This document shows, piece after piece, positions 20,098-28,890 of a DNA stretch of 60,631 nucleotides; the stretch's first letter is position 1; every line of letters starts with the position of its first letter. The position numbers and the translations under genes were made by a program. This DNA is from Aquificota bacterium. Lineage in GTDB: Bacteria; Aquificota; Aquificia; Aquificales; QOAS01. Where the stretch lies: NCBI GenBank assembly GCA_013153315.1, contig JAADES010000024.1, positions 1-60,631 on the forward strand. Reading direction: 5' to 3'. The notes under the pieces were generated by a model. It searched no databases. It saw only the letters and a program-made list of their open reading frames with translations, and had not been told where the DNA came from.

Positions 20098-22371
20098 ATG
20101 GCTATCACAAATGTTACTTTAAATACCACCTCCACAACTTCTACAACCTCCACAACCCAAACTAATCCCGATATCCTTTTCCAAGACCTATTGGATTCCT
20201 TTAATACCGTTACTTTGGATACAGAGCAAACAACATCCACCACGCAAATACAACTACCCAACGATGCTATTAGTCAAGCTATTTTAGAGAGCCCGGTAGA
20301 GGATGCGGAAGATTTATCCGCCCAATGGGAAGTTCAAAATACAGTTAAATTTCCCTTGCTAAATATCACAGGTTATAAAACCGTTACGGTAGTTTTAGAA
20401 GGAACAGACCAAAGTGCAACCTTTAAAATTCCCATCTTGGGTGAGGCGGGAGAAGCGACTCTAAGTTTTGGTAAATTTGAAGTGACCCTTCCCAACGGCG
20501 ACAAAGTTGTTATGGCCGTTCCCGCATCGGCCTCTAAAGAGGTTCCGTCGGCCGACCAAACCGAAGTTAGCGAGACTATCGTAGTAAACGACCTACAGTC
20601 CTTCGAGTATGTAAAAGCATCCCTTCAGATGATTCAACAGGGCGTAGATTCAGCCCTCCAAATTCAAGATGGGGCCCTTCAGGCCATAGAAGGTTATTCC
20701 AACGCTTTAATCCAATATGCCAAAGCTATTGAAGAGCTTAAAGAAAACGCTGAAAACTTACTCCAACAGGCCGACGAATATGAAAATAAAGCGGCTGAAC
20801 TAAGGGACGAGGCGAACCAAAGGGCGGCAGCTTTGTTGGGTGACGATTGGACAATGGACGAACTTGAACAATTGGCTTCTACCGTTCCTAACTACCAAGA
20901 CTACATAGATGAAAACGGCAATTTTGACGAAGCCGCCTTCAATGAAGCGGTATCCCAATATCAAGAGGCCAACGAAATCCTATCTCTATTCCAACAGGCC
21001 GACGCTTACGACCAGACAGTTCAGCAGCTAAGAGACCAAGCGGCCCAACTTCAAGAGCAAGCTAAACAGCTCGCCCAAGAAGCCCAAGACACCTTTGAAA
21101 ACGGTTTAACTTCGGTTATAAACCAATATGTAAGCCAAGCTAACAGCTATCTATCCCAAGCTCAAAGCTACGCTTCCAAAGCTGCAAGCGATAGCGAGCC
21201 TCAAAAATATTTGGACGAAGGTTATGCCCAACTTTACGAAATATTGGGAACAGCCTTTAAAGTTTCCGCCGATAATATGCAGGCGGTTTTAGATACTTAC
21301 AAAACTGTATCGGAAAATCTAAATGAACCCAACGAAGCTAAATTCCCCCTACTTAACGTAATAGGCTACGAAACCGTTACCGTAGTAAACGAAAGCACCG
21401 GACAGCAGCAAACCTTTAAAATTCCTGTATTGGGTGAAACTAAAGAAGAAACTATTACCTTTACTCAAGATACAGTGACTCTGCCCACGGGAGAAACTTT
21501 GAACACTCCCGTAGTTCAAAATGTTTCCACCACAGATTTGAATTACACACCCGTAAATGAATCCAAAACCATAACCGTTAGCGACGATGTTGAATTTGCC
21601 TATGTAACCGCCGCCCTTCAAATGAAACAGCAGGCTGCCGATGTTGTTTTACAACTGCAAGATGCCGCTTTGAGTGTAATTAACGGTTACAGTGATGCCT
21701 TGGATTCCTACAAAGATGCCATAGAGCAGATATCCAACTCCATAGCCCAACTTCAAGACCAAATAGCCCAATACCAAGAATTGGCTACTAACCTCCGCGA
21801 AGAGGCAAACCAAAGGGCGGCCGCATTGCTGGGCGATAACTGGACAATGGACGAACTTGAGCAATTGGCTTCTACCGTTCCTAACTACCAAGATTATGTA
21901 GATGAAAATGGAAACTTCGACGAAGAGGCCTTCAACGAGGCGGTATCCCAATATCAAGAGGCCAACGAAATCCTATCTCTCTTCCAACAGGCCGACGCCT
22001 ACGACCAAGCAGTAGAGCAAATGAACGCTCAAATAGAATCTCTACGCGAGCAGGCCGCCTCCTTAGCAGAGCAAGACCCTCAAACCTTTATAGAGGGCGT
22101 TCAGAACGTTATTAATCAATTCTCCTCGCAGTCTGCTTCTTATGCCTCGCAGGCCGATACTTACCTCAACAAATTGGAAAGCGACACAGAACCCCAAAAA
22201 TATTTAGACGAAGGTTATTATGAGCTATACAACACCCTCAGCTTCGGCTTCGATAGGGCTTCAGATATATTGCAGGCCGTATTAAACGCTTTTAACGCAA
22301 CAATAAATAACGAAACGGGAACCTACATCCCCACTGTGGATATTAATTCCGTTAATATCAACCTCGCTTAG
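20098..22371 (+). CDS. orphan acidic Gln/Ala/Asp/Thr-rich protein with two tandem 331-aa repeats
   Basis: The 757-aa ORF has an SD (GGAGG 8 nt upstream of the ATG) and an uninterrupted frame. It has a Thr/Ser-rich N-terminus, and I found no Cys or His. The internal duplication has a period of exactly 993 nt. Confidence 0.8.
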   Translation: MAITNVTLNTTSTTSTTSTTQTNPDILFQDLLDSFNTVTLDTEQTTSTTQIQLPNDAISQAILESPVEDAEDLSAQWEVQNTVKFPLLNITGYKTVTVVLEGTDQSATFKIPILGEAGEATLSFGKFEVTLPNGDKVVMAVPASASKEVPSADQTEVSETIVVNDLQSFEYVKASLQMIQQGVDSALQIQDGALQAIEGYSNALIQYAKAIEELKENAENLLQQADEYENKAAELRDEANQRAAALLGDDWTMDELEQLASTVPNYQDYIDENGNFDEAAFNEAVSQYQEANEILSLFQQADAYDQTVQQLRDQAAQLQEQAKQLAQEAQDTFENGLTSVINQYVSQANSYLSQAQSYASKAASDSEPQKYLDEGYAQLYEILGTAFKVSADNMQAVLDTYKTVSENLNEPNEAKFPLLNVIGYETVTVVNESTGQQQTFKIPVLGETKEETITFTQDTVTLPTGETLNTPVVQNVSTTDLNYTPVNESKTITVSDDVEFAYVTAALQMKQQAADVVLQLQDAALSVINGYSDALDSYKDAIEQISNSIAQLQDQIAQYQELATNLREEANQRAAALLGDNWTMDELEQLASTVPNYQDYVDENGNFDEEAFNEAVSQYQEANEILSLFQQADAYDQAVEQMNAQIESLREQAASLAEQDPQTFIEGVQNVINQFSSQSASYASQADTYLNKLESDTEPQKYLDEGYYELYNTLSFGFDRASDILQAVLNAFNATINNETGTYIPTVDINSVNINLA
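20347..21339 (+). repeat. tandem intragenic repeat, copy 1 (993 nt)
   Basis: It starts at KFPLLNITGYKTVTVV. It aligns collinearly with copy 2 without indels across the anchor points I checked (20347/21340 and 20809/21802). Confidence 0.85.
21340..22332 (+). repeat. tandem intragenic repeat, copy 2 (993 nt)
   Basis: It starts at KFPLLNVIGYETVTVV. It contains the 69-aa core EANQRAAALLGD(D/N)WTMDELEQLASTVPNYQDY, which is nearly identical to copy 1. Confidence 0.85.
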
Positions 22372-23225
22372 TTCTTATCTTCTTTTTCCTTCAGATGTTT
22401 TTCTATAATCTCTTTGGCCCTAAAAAGCTCTTGTAAATTTAAAACCTTTAAGGCTTCCTTTAATTCTTCTTCCTTGGAAAGGAAGGTTTTCTTTTGAACC
22501 ACCTTGCGGTTTATTAATTTCAACCAAGGTTTCTCCCTAAAGAGGTTAACAATTTCTTCGGCTCCGAAAAAGGGGGTTTCTGGATATAAATAGTCAAAGA
22601 CCGCACACAGGAGGGCATAATCTTCCTCCGTATCGAGGGTAATCCTTATATCGGGAGCCCTTAGGTGGGGTGGGGCTTCTACATTGACCAATTTAAATTT
22701 TTCTCTGTTGGTGGTGTGGATATAGGGGCAAACATGCTCCCTTTCAAAGGGTTGGGCTGCCTTACAAAAGGCCTCTTCCAGAGCCTTGAAGCTAATAACC
22801 TCCACATCCAAACCGTGGGGGTAGGTTCTTTTTAAAGTGTTGGAGGTATAATCGGCCTCCTCCTTAAGGTGGGTAAAAATTACCCTATCCACCACTCGGG
22901 GGTCTATACAGGGACAATCGGAGGTTATTCTAACAATTACGTCCAAATTGTGTTCTTTGGCAGCAAAGTAATACCTAGAAAGGACATCTTTTTCATCCCC
23001 TCGGAAGGTTTTTACCTTTTCCTTTTCCGCAATATGGACTATAGCATCGTCTTGGCTTTTGGTGGTTGTTGCCACAATTATTTCATCCAAAGAAAGGGAA
23101 CGTTTAACCCTTCTAATAACCTGTTGGAGGACGGTAATATCCGAACCGTAAGGAAGCGGTTTTAAAACTTTCTTTGGTAAACGGCTGGAACCGCTACGGG
23201 CTTGGATTATCGCTCCTATCTTCAT
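22368..23225 (-). CDS. cytidylyltransferase family protein (SpsF/NeuA-like, CMP-sugar type)
   Basis: The 285-aa ORF has the N-terminal IIQARSGSSRLPKKVL motif typical of the CTP_transf_3 family. Its stop overlaps the stop of the 757-aa gene by 4 nt, convergently. Confidence 0.7.
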   Translation of the reverse strand: MKIGAIIQARSGSSRLPKKVLKPLPYGSDITVLQQVIRRVKRSLSLDEIIVATTTKSQDDAIVHIAEKEKVKTFRGDEKDVLSRYYFAAKEHNLDVIVRITSDCPCIDPRVVDRVIFTHLKEEADYTSNTLKRTYPHGLDVEVISFKALEEAFCKAAQPFEREHVCPYIHTTNREKFKLVNVEAPPHLRAPDIRITLDTEEDYALLCAVFDYLYPETPFFGAEEIVNLFREKPWLKLINRKVVQKKTFLSKEEELKEALKVLNLQELFRAKEIIEKHLKEKEDKN

Positions 23226-23670
23226 GTTTCAATAAAAAATGTAACAGCAAAATAGAGATACCCACGCTAACGCAGATGTCGGCCACATTGAAGGCGGGAT
23301 AGTGCCAATTTCCTATATGAAAATCAAAAAAATCCCTAACTTGGTGAAGAAATATTCTATCCCAAAGGTTGCCCAATCCGCCGCCCGCTATCATTCCCAA
23401 AGCTACAGGAACAAATTTGTTTTTCCCCCGTAAGGCATAAAAAAAAGTGGCCATAATAACCAATAGCGGAAAAAAGATATATAGAACCTCTTTCAGGAAA
23501 CCTTCCCAATTTTGACCTAAACCGAAAGCAAACCCTTTGTTGTAAACCAAAACGAGGCTAAAAAAATCGGTTATTTCCACAATGCGGTTCTTTAAAAGAT
23601 TTTCAAGCCAAAACTTGGAAAATTGGTCAAGCAGAAAACACCAAACGAGGGAAAGAATATAAAAAACCAT
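23194..23670 (-). CDS. lspA: lipoprotein signal peptidase (signal peptidase II)
   Basis: The 158-aa ORF has 4 TM segments, with VYNKGFAFG and the catalytic-Asp segments NLWDR and FNVADICVSVG. Confidence 0.85.
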   Translation of the reverse strand: MVFYILSLVWCFLLDQFSKFWLENLLKNRIVEITDFFSLVLVYNKGFAFGLGQNWEGFLKEVLYIFFPLLVIMATFFYALRGKNKFVPVALGMIAGGGLGNLWDRIFLHQVRDFFDFHIGNWHYPAFNVADICVSVGISILLLHFLLKHEDRSDNPSP

Positions 23671-23697
23671 GAAAGGGTTAGTTTAAGGCTAAACAAT

Positions 23698-24447
23698 TTA
23701 GGAAATTTTGGCCATAACCTCTTGGGGTATATCGAAATTGGAGATAACTTGGGAAACGTCATCGTGGTCTTCCAAAGCCTCGAGAAGTTTTAAAAGTTTT
23801 TGGGCCTCTTCGGGGTTCTCTATTTTTACCGTTGTGGTGGGAATGAAGCTTATTTCGGCCTTTTCTACGGGAACGCCCAACTTTTCCAACTCTTCTTTTA
23901 CCTTATAAAGGTCGGAATCTAGGGTGTAGATAATATGAACCTCCTCACCGGGAACAACGTCTTCGGCTCCCGCCTCTATCGCTTTTTCCAATATTTCTTC
24001 TTCGCCAATATTTTCGGCGGGAACTTCTATAACACCTTTCCTTTCGAAGAGGAAGGCAACGCTTCCGCTGGTTCCCAATTTACCTCCGTGTTTGTTAAAT
24101 ATGTTTCTAATTTCGGCTACTGTTCTGTTTTTGTTGTCTGTTTGGGCTACCACCATTATGGCGACACCGCCGGGGCCGTAGCCTTCATAGACAACCTCTT
24201 CGATAGCTTCGCCCTCTATTAGACCAGCTCCCTTTTTAATTGCGTATTCGATTTTTTCGGAAGGCATTTTTGCCTTTTTGGCCCTTTCTATTGCCTGTCT
24301 CAACCTAGGGTTGTGGTCGGGATTGGGGCCTCCCAAACGGGCCGCTATCATTATCTCCTTTGCCAGTTTGGAGAAAAGTTTTCCTTTTTGTGCGTCTACT
24401 TTTGCTTTTTTATGTTTTATTTGCGCCCAGTGGCTATGCCCTGCCAT
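23698..24447 (-). CDS. yebC: YebC/PmpR family DNA-binding regulator
   Basis: The canonical N-terminus MAGHSHWAQIKHKKA begins at the ATG at 24447. The ORF-track extension to 24504 has no homology logic. Confidence 0.85.
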   Translation of the reverse strand: MAGHSHWAQIKHKKAKVDAQKGKLFSKLAKEIMIAARLGGPNPDHNPRLRQAIERAKKAKMPSEKIEYAIKKGAGLIEGEAIEEVVYEGYGPGGVAIMVVAQTDNKNRTVAEIRNIFNKHGGKLGTSGSVAFLFERKGVIEVPAENIGEEEILEKAIEAGAEDVVPGEEVHIIYTLDSDLYKVKEELEKLGVPVEKAEISFIPTTTVKIENPEEAQKLLKLLEALEDHDDVSQVISNFDIPQEVMAKIS

Positions 24448-24614
24448 TTTTAACCTCCAAAAGATTTTTATAGGTCTTAACGCTTTTAAAATTTTAACTT
24501 CCAAAAAGGGGAAATAATATTTTCCTTCATAAACTATTGGTTGTTTCCAAAGGTTATTAAAACATTCTTAGGAAAGGTATTTAATAACCCTTTTGCTGGA
24601 AAAATGTTTTGTTT

Positions 24615-26366
24615 ATGTCCTCGCGTTGGTTTTTTTTGCTCGGTGTAGTTATTTCTTTGTTGGCTTTTATTCCTTTCTATTTGCTCCGTAGCCCTCAAAT
24701 AGGGAAAGATTTAAAAGTTCACTTTCAGAGGGTTAATTTACCCGACCAACCTTTGGAGGGTAAACCTTCGGAAAAACCTTTGGTGGTTAGGTTGGCGGGA
24801 GATGCAAAAACCTTAAACCCCGCCTTGGTTCAGGAAACCTCTTCTTCCGCGATTATAGGGGACATATTCAGCGGTTTGGTAAAAATTGACCCCAAAACCC
24901 TAAAGGTAGAACCAGATTTGGCAACCGATTGGGAACATTCCCCCGACGGAAAGGTTTGGATATTCCACCTACGGAAGGGGGTCAAATTCAACGACGGACA
25001 CCCCTTTACGGCCGACGATGTAGTTTTTACTTTTCGAGATGTCTACTTTAATCCCCAAATCCCCACCCCCGTAAGGGATACCCTTCTTGTAAACGGAAAA
25101 CCTTTTAAGGTTGAAAAAATAGACAATTACACCGTTAAGTTTGTTTTACCCGAAACCTTTGCACCTTTTTTAAGAACCTTGACGGTGCCAATTTTACCCA
25201 AACACAAATTGGAAAAGTATGTAAAGGAAGGAACCTTTTTAAGTGCTTGGAATATAAACACCCCACCGAAGGATATTGTAGGAACGGGCCCCTATAGGCT
25301 GAAAGAATATATAAAGGGCGAAAGGGTTGTCTGGGAGGCCAACCCCTACTATTACGAAAAGGACAAAAGGGGTGTTCAACTCCCCTATATAAGGAAAAAA
25401 ATCGGTTTAATAATTCCCGACCCCGACACCGCCCTTATGAAATTCTTAACGGGACAAATCCAAATTATGGGTGTGGGAGCCTCTCAACTGCTGACACTAT
25501 TTATTCAGGCAAAGGATAAACCGATTAAAATTTACGATTTAGGAGCAACACCCTCTTTAACCTTTCTGGTCTTCAACCAAAATCCCAACGCCGATATACC
25601 TAAATACAAAATTAAATGGTTTAGGAACCCGCTCTTTCGTTGGGCTATTTCCCACGCTATAGACCGCCAAGGTATAGTTAATCTAGTTTATAACGGTTTA
25701 GCCCAACCTCTGTATGGGCCCGTTTCACCTGCCAACAAATGGATTTATGACCCGAAACTTTTTCCTCCTATAGATTACAACCTTAAAAAGGCAAAACAAC
25801 TGTTGGAACAAATAGGTTTTAAGGACCGCGACGGGGATGGAATATTGGAAGATAAAGAGGGCCACAAGCTGGAAATAATCCTCCTAACCAACGCGGGGAA
25901 TAAAGAGAGGGAAGCTATCGGGGACATAATAAAACAAGACCTTGAAAGGATTGGTATAAAGGTTCATTTCCAACCTTTGGACTTTAATAACCTAGTTAGG
26001 CTTCTTACCACCCCGCCCTACGGTTGGGAGGCGGTAATTATAGGGTTAACCGGCTCGGTAGACCCCCACTTCGGGCGGAACGTTTGGTGCAGTTGGGGCA
26101 GTCTCCATATGTGGTATCCTTTGCAGAAAAAACCTTCCACCGCTTGGGAGGCCAAGGTTGACCAACTTTTTGATAAGGCGGCTCTAACCCTAAATGCCAC
26201 CGAGAGGAAAAAACTATATAAACAAGCATTTCAAATAATCTACAAAGAGCAACCGATGCTTTTTATTGCCACCCCCGAAGAGCTAATGGCCTCCTGGGAT
26301 ATTTTCGGAAACTTCTATCCCACCGTTTGGGGCTTTTGGAAAGGTCTCTATATATTCCAACAGTAG
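24615..26366 (+). CDS. ABC transporter substrate-binding protein, family 5 (peptide/nickel type)
   Basis: About 583 aa with an N-terminal membrane anchor. The family-5 SBP layout is present (LATDWEHSPDGKVWIFHLRKGVKFNDG). No permease or ATPase is adjacent. Confidence 0.75.
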   Translation: MSSRWFFLLGVVISLLAFIPFYLLRSPQIGKDLKVHFQRVNLPDQPLEGKPSEKPLVVRLAGDAKTLNPALVQETSSSAIIGDIFSGLVKIDPKTLKVEPDLATDWEHSPDGKVWIFHLRKGVKFNDGHPFTADDVVFTFRDVYFNPQIPTPVRDTLLVNGKPFKVEKIDNYTVKFVLPETFAPFLRTLTVPILPKHKLEKYVKEGTFLSAWNINTPPKDIVGTGPYRLKEYIKGERVVWEANPYYYEKDKRGVQLPYIRKKIGLIIPDPDTALMKFLTGQIQIMGVGASQLLTLFIQAKDKPIKIYDLGATPSLTFLVFNQNPNADIPKYKIKWFRNPLFRWAISHAIDRQGIVNLVYNGLAQPLYGPVSPANKWIYDPKLFPPIDYNLKKAKQLLEQIGFKDRDGDGILEDKEGHKLEIILLTNAGNKEREAIGDIIKQDLERIGIKVHFQPLDFNNLVRLLTTPPYGWEAVIIGLTGSVDPHFGRNVWCSWGSLHMWYPLQKKPSTAWEAKVDQLFDKAALTLNATERKKLYKQAFQIIYKEQPMLFIATPEELMASWDIFGNFYPTVWGFWKGLYIFQQ

Positions 26367-26383
26367 AACTAATTTCTTTTTTT

Positions 26384-27097
26384 ATGGCAAGTTGGGAAAA
26401 CTTAGAAGCTAAACTAAAACACGCCGAAAGGACTTTGGTTTTTGAAAAAATAGGAAACCCCGAAAAGGAAAGAGAATTTGAACTCCGTTCTTTGAGGGAT
26501 TGGGGTTTCGACCTCCTTTTGGTTTGGCACAAGGGAAAATTAACCTACCTATTGCAGGAAGAAGGTTTAAGAAAAAAAGGAGAGGCTTTTACCTACGAAG
26601 ATGAGGAATATACAGTCGAGGAAGTTTTAGAGGAACTTCCCAAGGATACTTCGATTTTTGCCAAGGTGGAGGAAAGGGACGGTAGAGCCTACATTCTGGT
26701 GGAAATCAGACACATTAAAAAGAAGTGGGGCGAGGGAACACTAATATTAAACGTGCCCGCCGCAGAACTGCTGATAGCCTTCTTTAGAAAGAAAGGTTTG
26801 GACAGGCTTTACAACTATGTGGAAAGTGTGGGTATTACCACCGAATTTTTCCACCAAAGGGGACAGCCACGGGTGCCTATGGACTACAAAAAACTCCCCG
26901 CAGGGGCCAAAGATTTTATTCGTCGAACCAAGGAAATTTTTGACCTTGTAGGGTTCGGAAGGATGTCTTTAGCCTACTACGGAAAGGATAAAAATAAAGA
27001 TAGCAAATACAGGGTATTTTTAACCTTGCCCACCATAGACCTCTTTGACCTTTGGATAGCGGAAAAATTGAATAACTCTTTTAGAGTGTTTAAATAA
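26384..27097 (+). CDS. hypothetical protein
   Basis: 237 aa from the ATG at 26384; the ORF track starts at a TTG at 26327, inside the preceding gene. The composition is coding-like and Lys/Glu-rich. I recognise no family. Confidence 0.55.
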   Translation: MASWENLEAKLKHAERTLVFEKIGNPEKEREFELRSLRDWGFDLLLVWHKGKLTYLLQEEGLRKKGEAFTYEDEEYTVEEVLEELPKDTSIFAKVEERDGRAYILVEIRHIKKKWGEGTLILNVPAAELLIAFFRKKGLDRLYNYVESVGITTEFFHQRGQPRVPMDYKKLPAGAKDFIRRTKEIFDLVGFGRMSLAYYGKDKNKDSKYRVFLTLPTIDLFDLWIAEKLNNSFRVFK

Positions 27098-27100
27098 AGC

Positions 27101-27985
27101 TCAATCGAGATTCCTCCGAAGGATACTTATTTCATTTAGATACTCTTTTAGTTCCTCTATTTTTTCTTCCTTTATTAGGTTTTCCAATGTTTCTAAAGAC
27201 CTTTTAAAGTGGTCTATAGCCTTTAGCATATTGTCCTTGTTTGCTATAAATATATCCCTCCACATTACAGGGTCGGAGGCGGCTATTCGGGTAAAGTCCT
27301 TAAATCCCGCGCCGGGGTATTTGAAAAGGTCTATTTTTTCGTTGGACATAGCCCTTAGTGTATCCACCAGTGCGAAGGCTACCGCGTGGGGAAGATGCGA
27401 AACAACCCCGAAAATATAATCGTGCAGTTCGGGGCTCATAAATTCTATTTCCGTTTTTAGGAATTTCCAAAGGTTTACAACCCTTTGGAGGTGGTTTTTA
27501 TCTGTTTCCGATGTGGGGGTAATAATTAGTTTTTTACCCTCGTAGAGGTTGTCTATTGAATATTCAACTCCACTTTTTTCGGTTCCCGCTATAGGGTGGG
27601 CCCCAACAAAGCGAGGGCCTAATATTTCCTCCATACGGTAAACCAACCTTTTGGTGCTACCTAAATCGCTGACCGTGGTTTGGGGAGTAATTTTATCCTT
27701 CAACTTTTGGGCTATTTTTTCAAAGGTGCCCACGGGGGACGCCAAAATAACAAAATCTATCTCCTCCCAAGGGACTTTTTCATAATTGTCCCAGCCTTGG
27801 TTTATAACCCCCAGTTCTATACCCTTTTTAATGGCTTGGGGATTGATATCCAAACCGTAGATTGGTTTATCAAAACCTTGCTTTCGAAGCCCCTTTGCCA
27901 ACGAACCGCCCATAAACCCCAGCCCTATTATTAGAAGGCCTTTTTCAACAAAGGTTGGCTTATTTTTAGCCGAAGCTTTATCCAT
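27101..27985 (-). CDS. tyrA: prephenate dehydrogenase
   Basis: The 294-aa ORF has the Rossmann motif IIGLGFMGGSLA and the HPIAG and SHLPH catalytic segments of TyrA. Confidence 0.85.
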   Translation of the reverse strand: MDKASAKNKPTFVEKGLLIIGLGFMGGSLAKGLRKQGFDKPIYGLDINPQAIKKGIELGVINQGWDNYEKVPWEEIDFVILASPVGTFEKIAQKLKDKITPQTTVSDLGSTKRLVYRMEEILGPRFVGAHPIAGTEKSGVEYSIDNLYEGKKLIITPTSETDKNHLQRVVNLWKFLKTEIEFMSPELHDYIFGVVSHLPHAVAFALVDTLRAMSNEKIDLFKYPGAGFKDFTRIAASDPVMWRDIFIANKDNMLKAIDHFKRSLETLENLIKEEKIEELKEYLNEISILRRNLD

Positions 27986-28086
27986 GCATGCTATAGGATA
28001 AACAAAGAGCAGTTGCTTCCTTGATTTTTCTTCCTTTATAAACCTTTCCGAATATAGTTCCTAATGAGATAAAATCTCACCCAGTT

Positions 28087-28890
28087 ATGAAGTTTAGGAC
28101 TCCTTCCCTACCAAAGGTTCTAACCGTAGGTTTGGGGCTTTTTGCAACAAAAGGTTTAGCTTTAGCCCACTTTTTGGTGCTCCTACCCGACTCCGATGTA
28201 AAAGAACACTCTAGACAAATCCACCTTTGGACTGAATTTACCCACCCGGCCGAAGGGGGGCCCACAATGCACTACCAAATAGAGAAAAGTGGGGCTTTTA
28301 TAGGTGGAAAAATCTATCCCCTCCACTGGAAAAAGAAGTATGTGCCCGCCCTCCCTGGTAGTAACATAAAAGTGGAAAAATATGAAACTACCTTCACCGT
28401 CTTCCGTCCGGGGGTTTACCAATTCTTTGTGGAGCAAAAACCCTACTTTGAGCCGGCGGAAGAGCAATTTATACAACAAATAGCAAAGGTTTATGTTGAT
28501 ACCTTCGGATTGGAGGAAGGTTGGCAGCAGCCCATAGGGCTAAAGGTGGAAATAGTCCCTTTAACCCGTCCCTTTGGTCTATGGGAAGGAAATACCTTTA
28601 AAGGGCAAGTTCTAATAGACGGCAAGCCCGCCCCCAACGTTAGGGTGGAAATCGAATATTACAACGACAAACATGTTAAATATCCCAACGACACCCTTAT
28701 AACTCAAGTGGTAAAAACCGACTCCAACGGTTACTTTGTTTATACCATCCCTTGGTCGGGTTGGTGGGGATTTTCTGCTATAACCGATGGGGGAACTTAC
28801 AAAAACCCCCAAGATGGAAAGGAATATCCCTTAGAACTGGACGCGGTTTTATGGATATATGCCTATCCCAAGCCAAAGGGGGTTAACTAA
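28087..28890 (+). CDS. DUF4198-type periplasmic component of a Ni/Co uptake system (NikK-like)
   Basis: The 267-aa ORF has a signal peptide followed by the AHFLVLLP start typical of DUF4198 proteins. It sits immediately upstream of cbiM/nikM. Confidence 0.6.
   Translation: MKFRTPSLPKVLTVGLGLFATKGLALAHFLVLLPDSDVKEHSRQIHLWTEFTHPAEGGPTMHYQIEKSGAFIGGKIYPLHWKKKYVPALPGSNIKVEKYETTFTVFRPGVYQFFVEQKPYFEPAEEQFIQQIAKVYVDTFGLEEGWQQPIGLKVEIVPLTRPFGLWEGNTFKGQVLIDGKPAPNVRVEIEYYNDKHVKYPNDTLITQVVKTDSNGYFVYTIPWSGWWGFSAITDGGTYKNPQDGKEYPLELDAVLWIYAYPKPKGVN

Noticed and set aside
20125-20160. In-frame 9-nt repeats encoding TSTTSTTSTT as a phase-variation switch
   Set aside because: The unit length is a multiple of three and the copies are imperfect. 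Slippage would change length, not frame, so this is not an on/off switch.
27986-28086. Possible riboswitch (B12 or NiCo) upstream of the Ni/Co uptake operon
   Set aside because: The spacer is only about 100 nt and AT-rich, and I found no conserved B12-box or paired-element pattern. It is too short for a cobalamin riboswitch.
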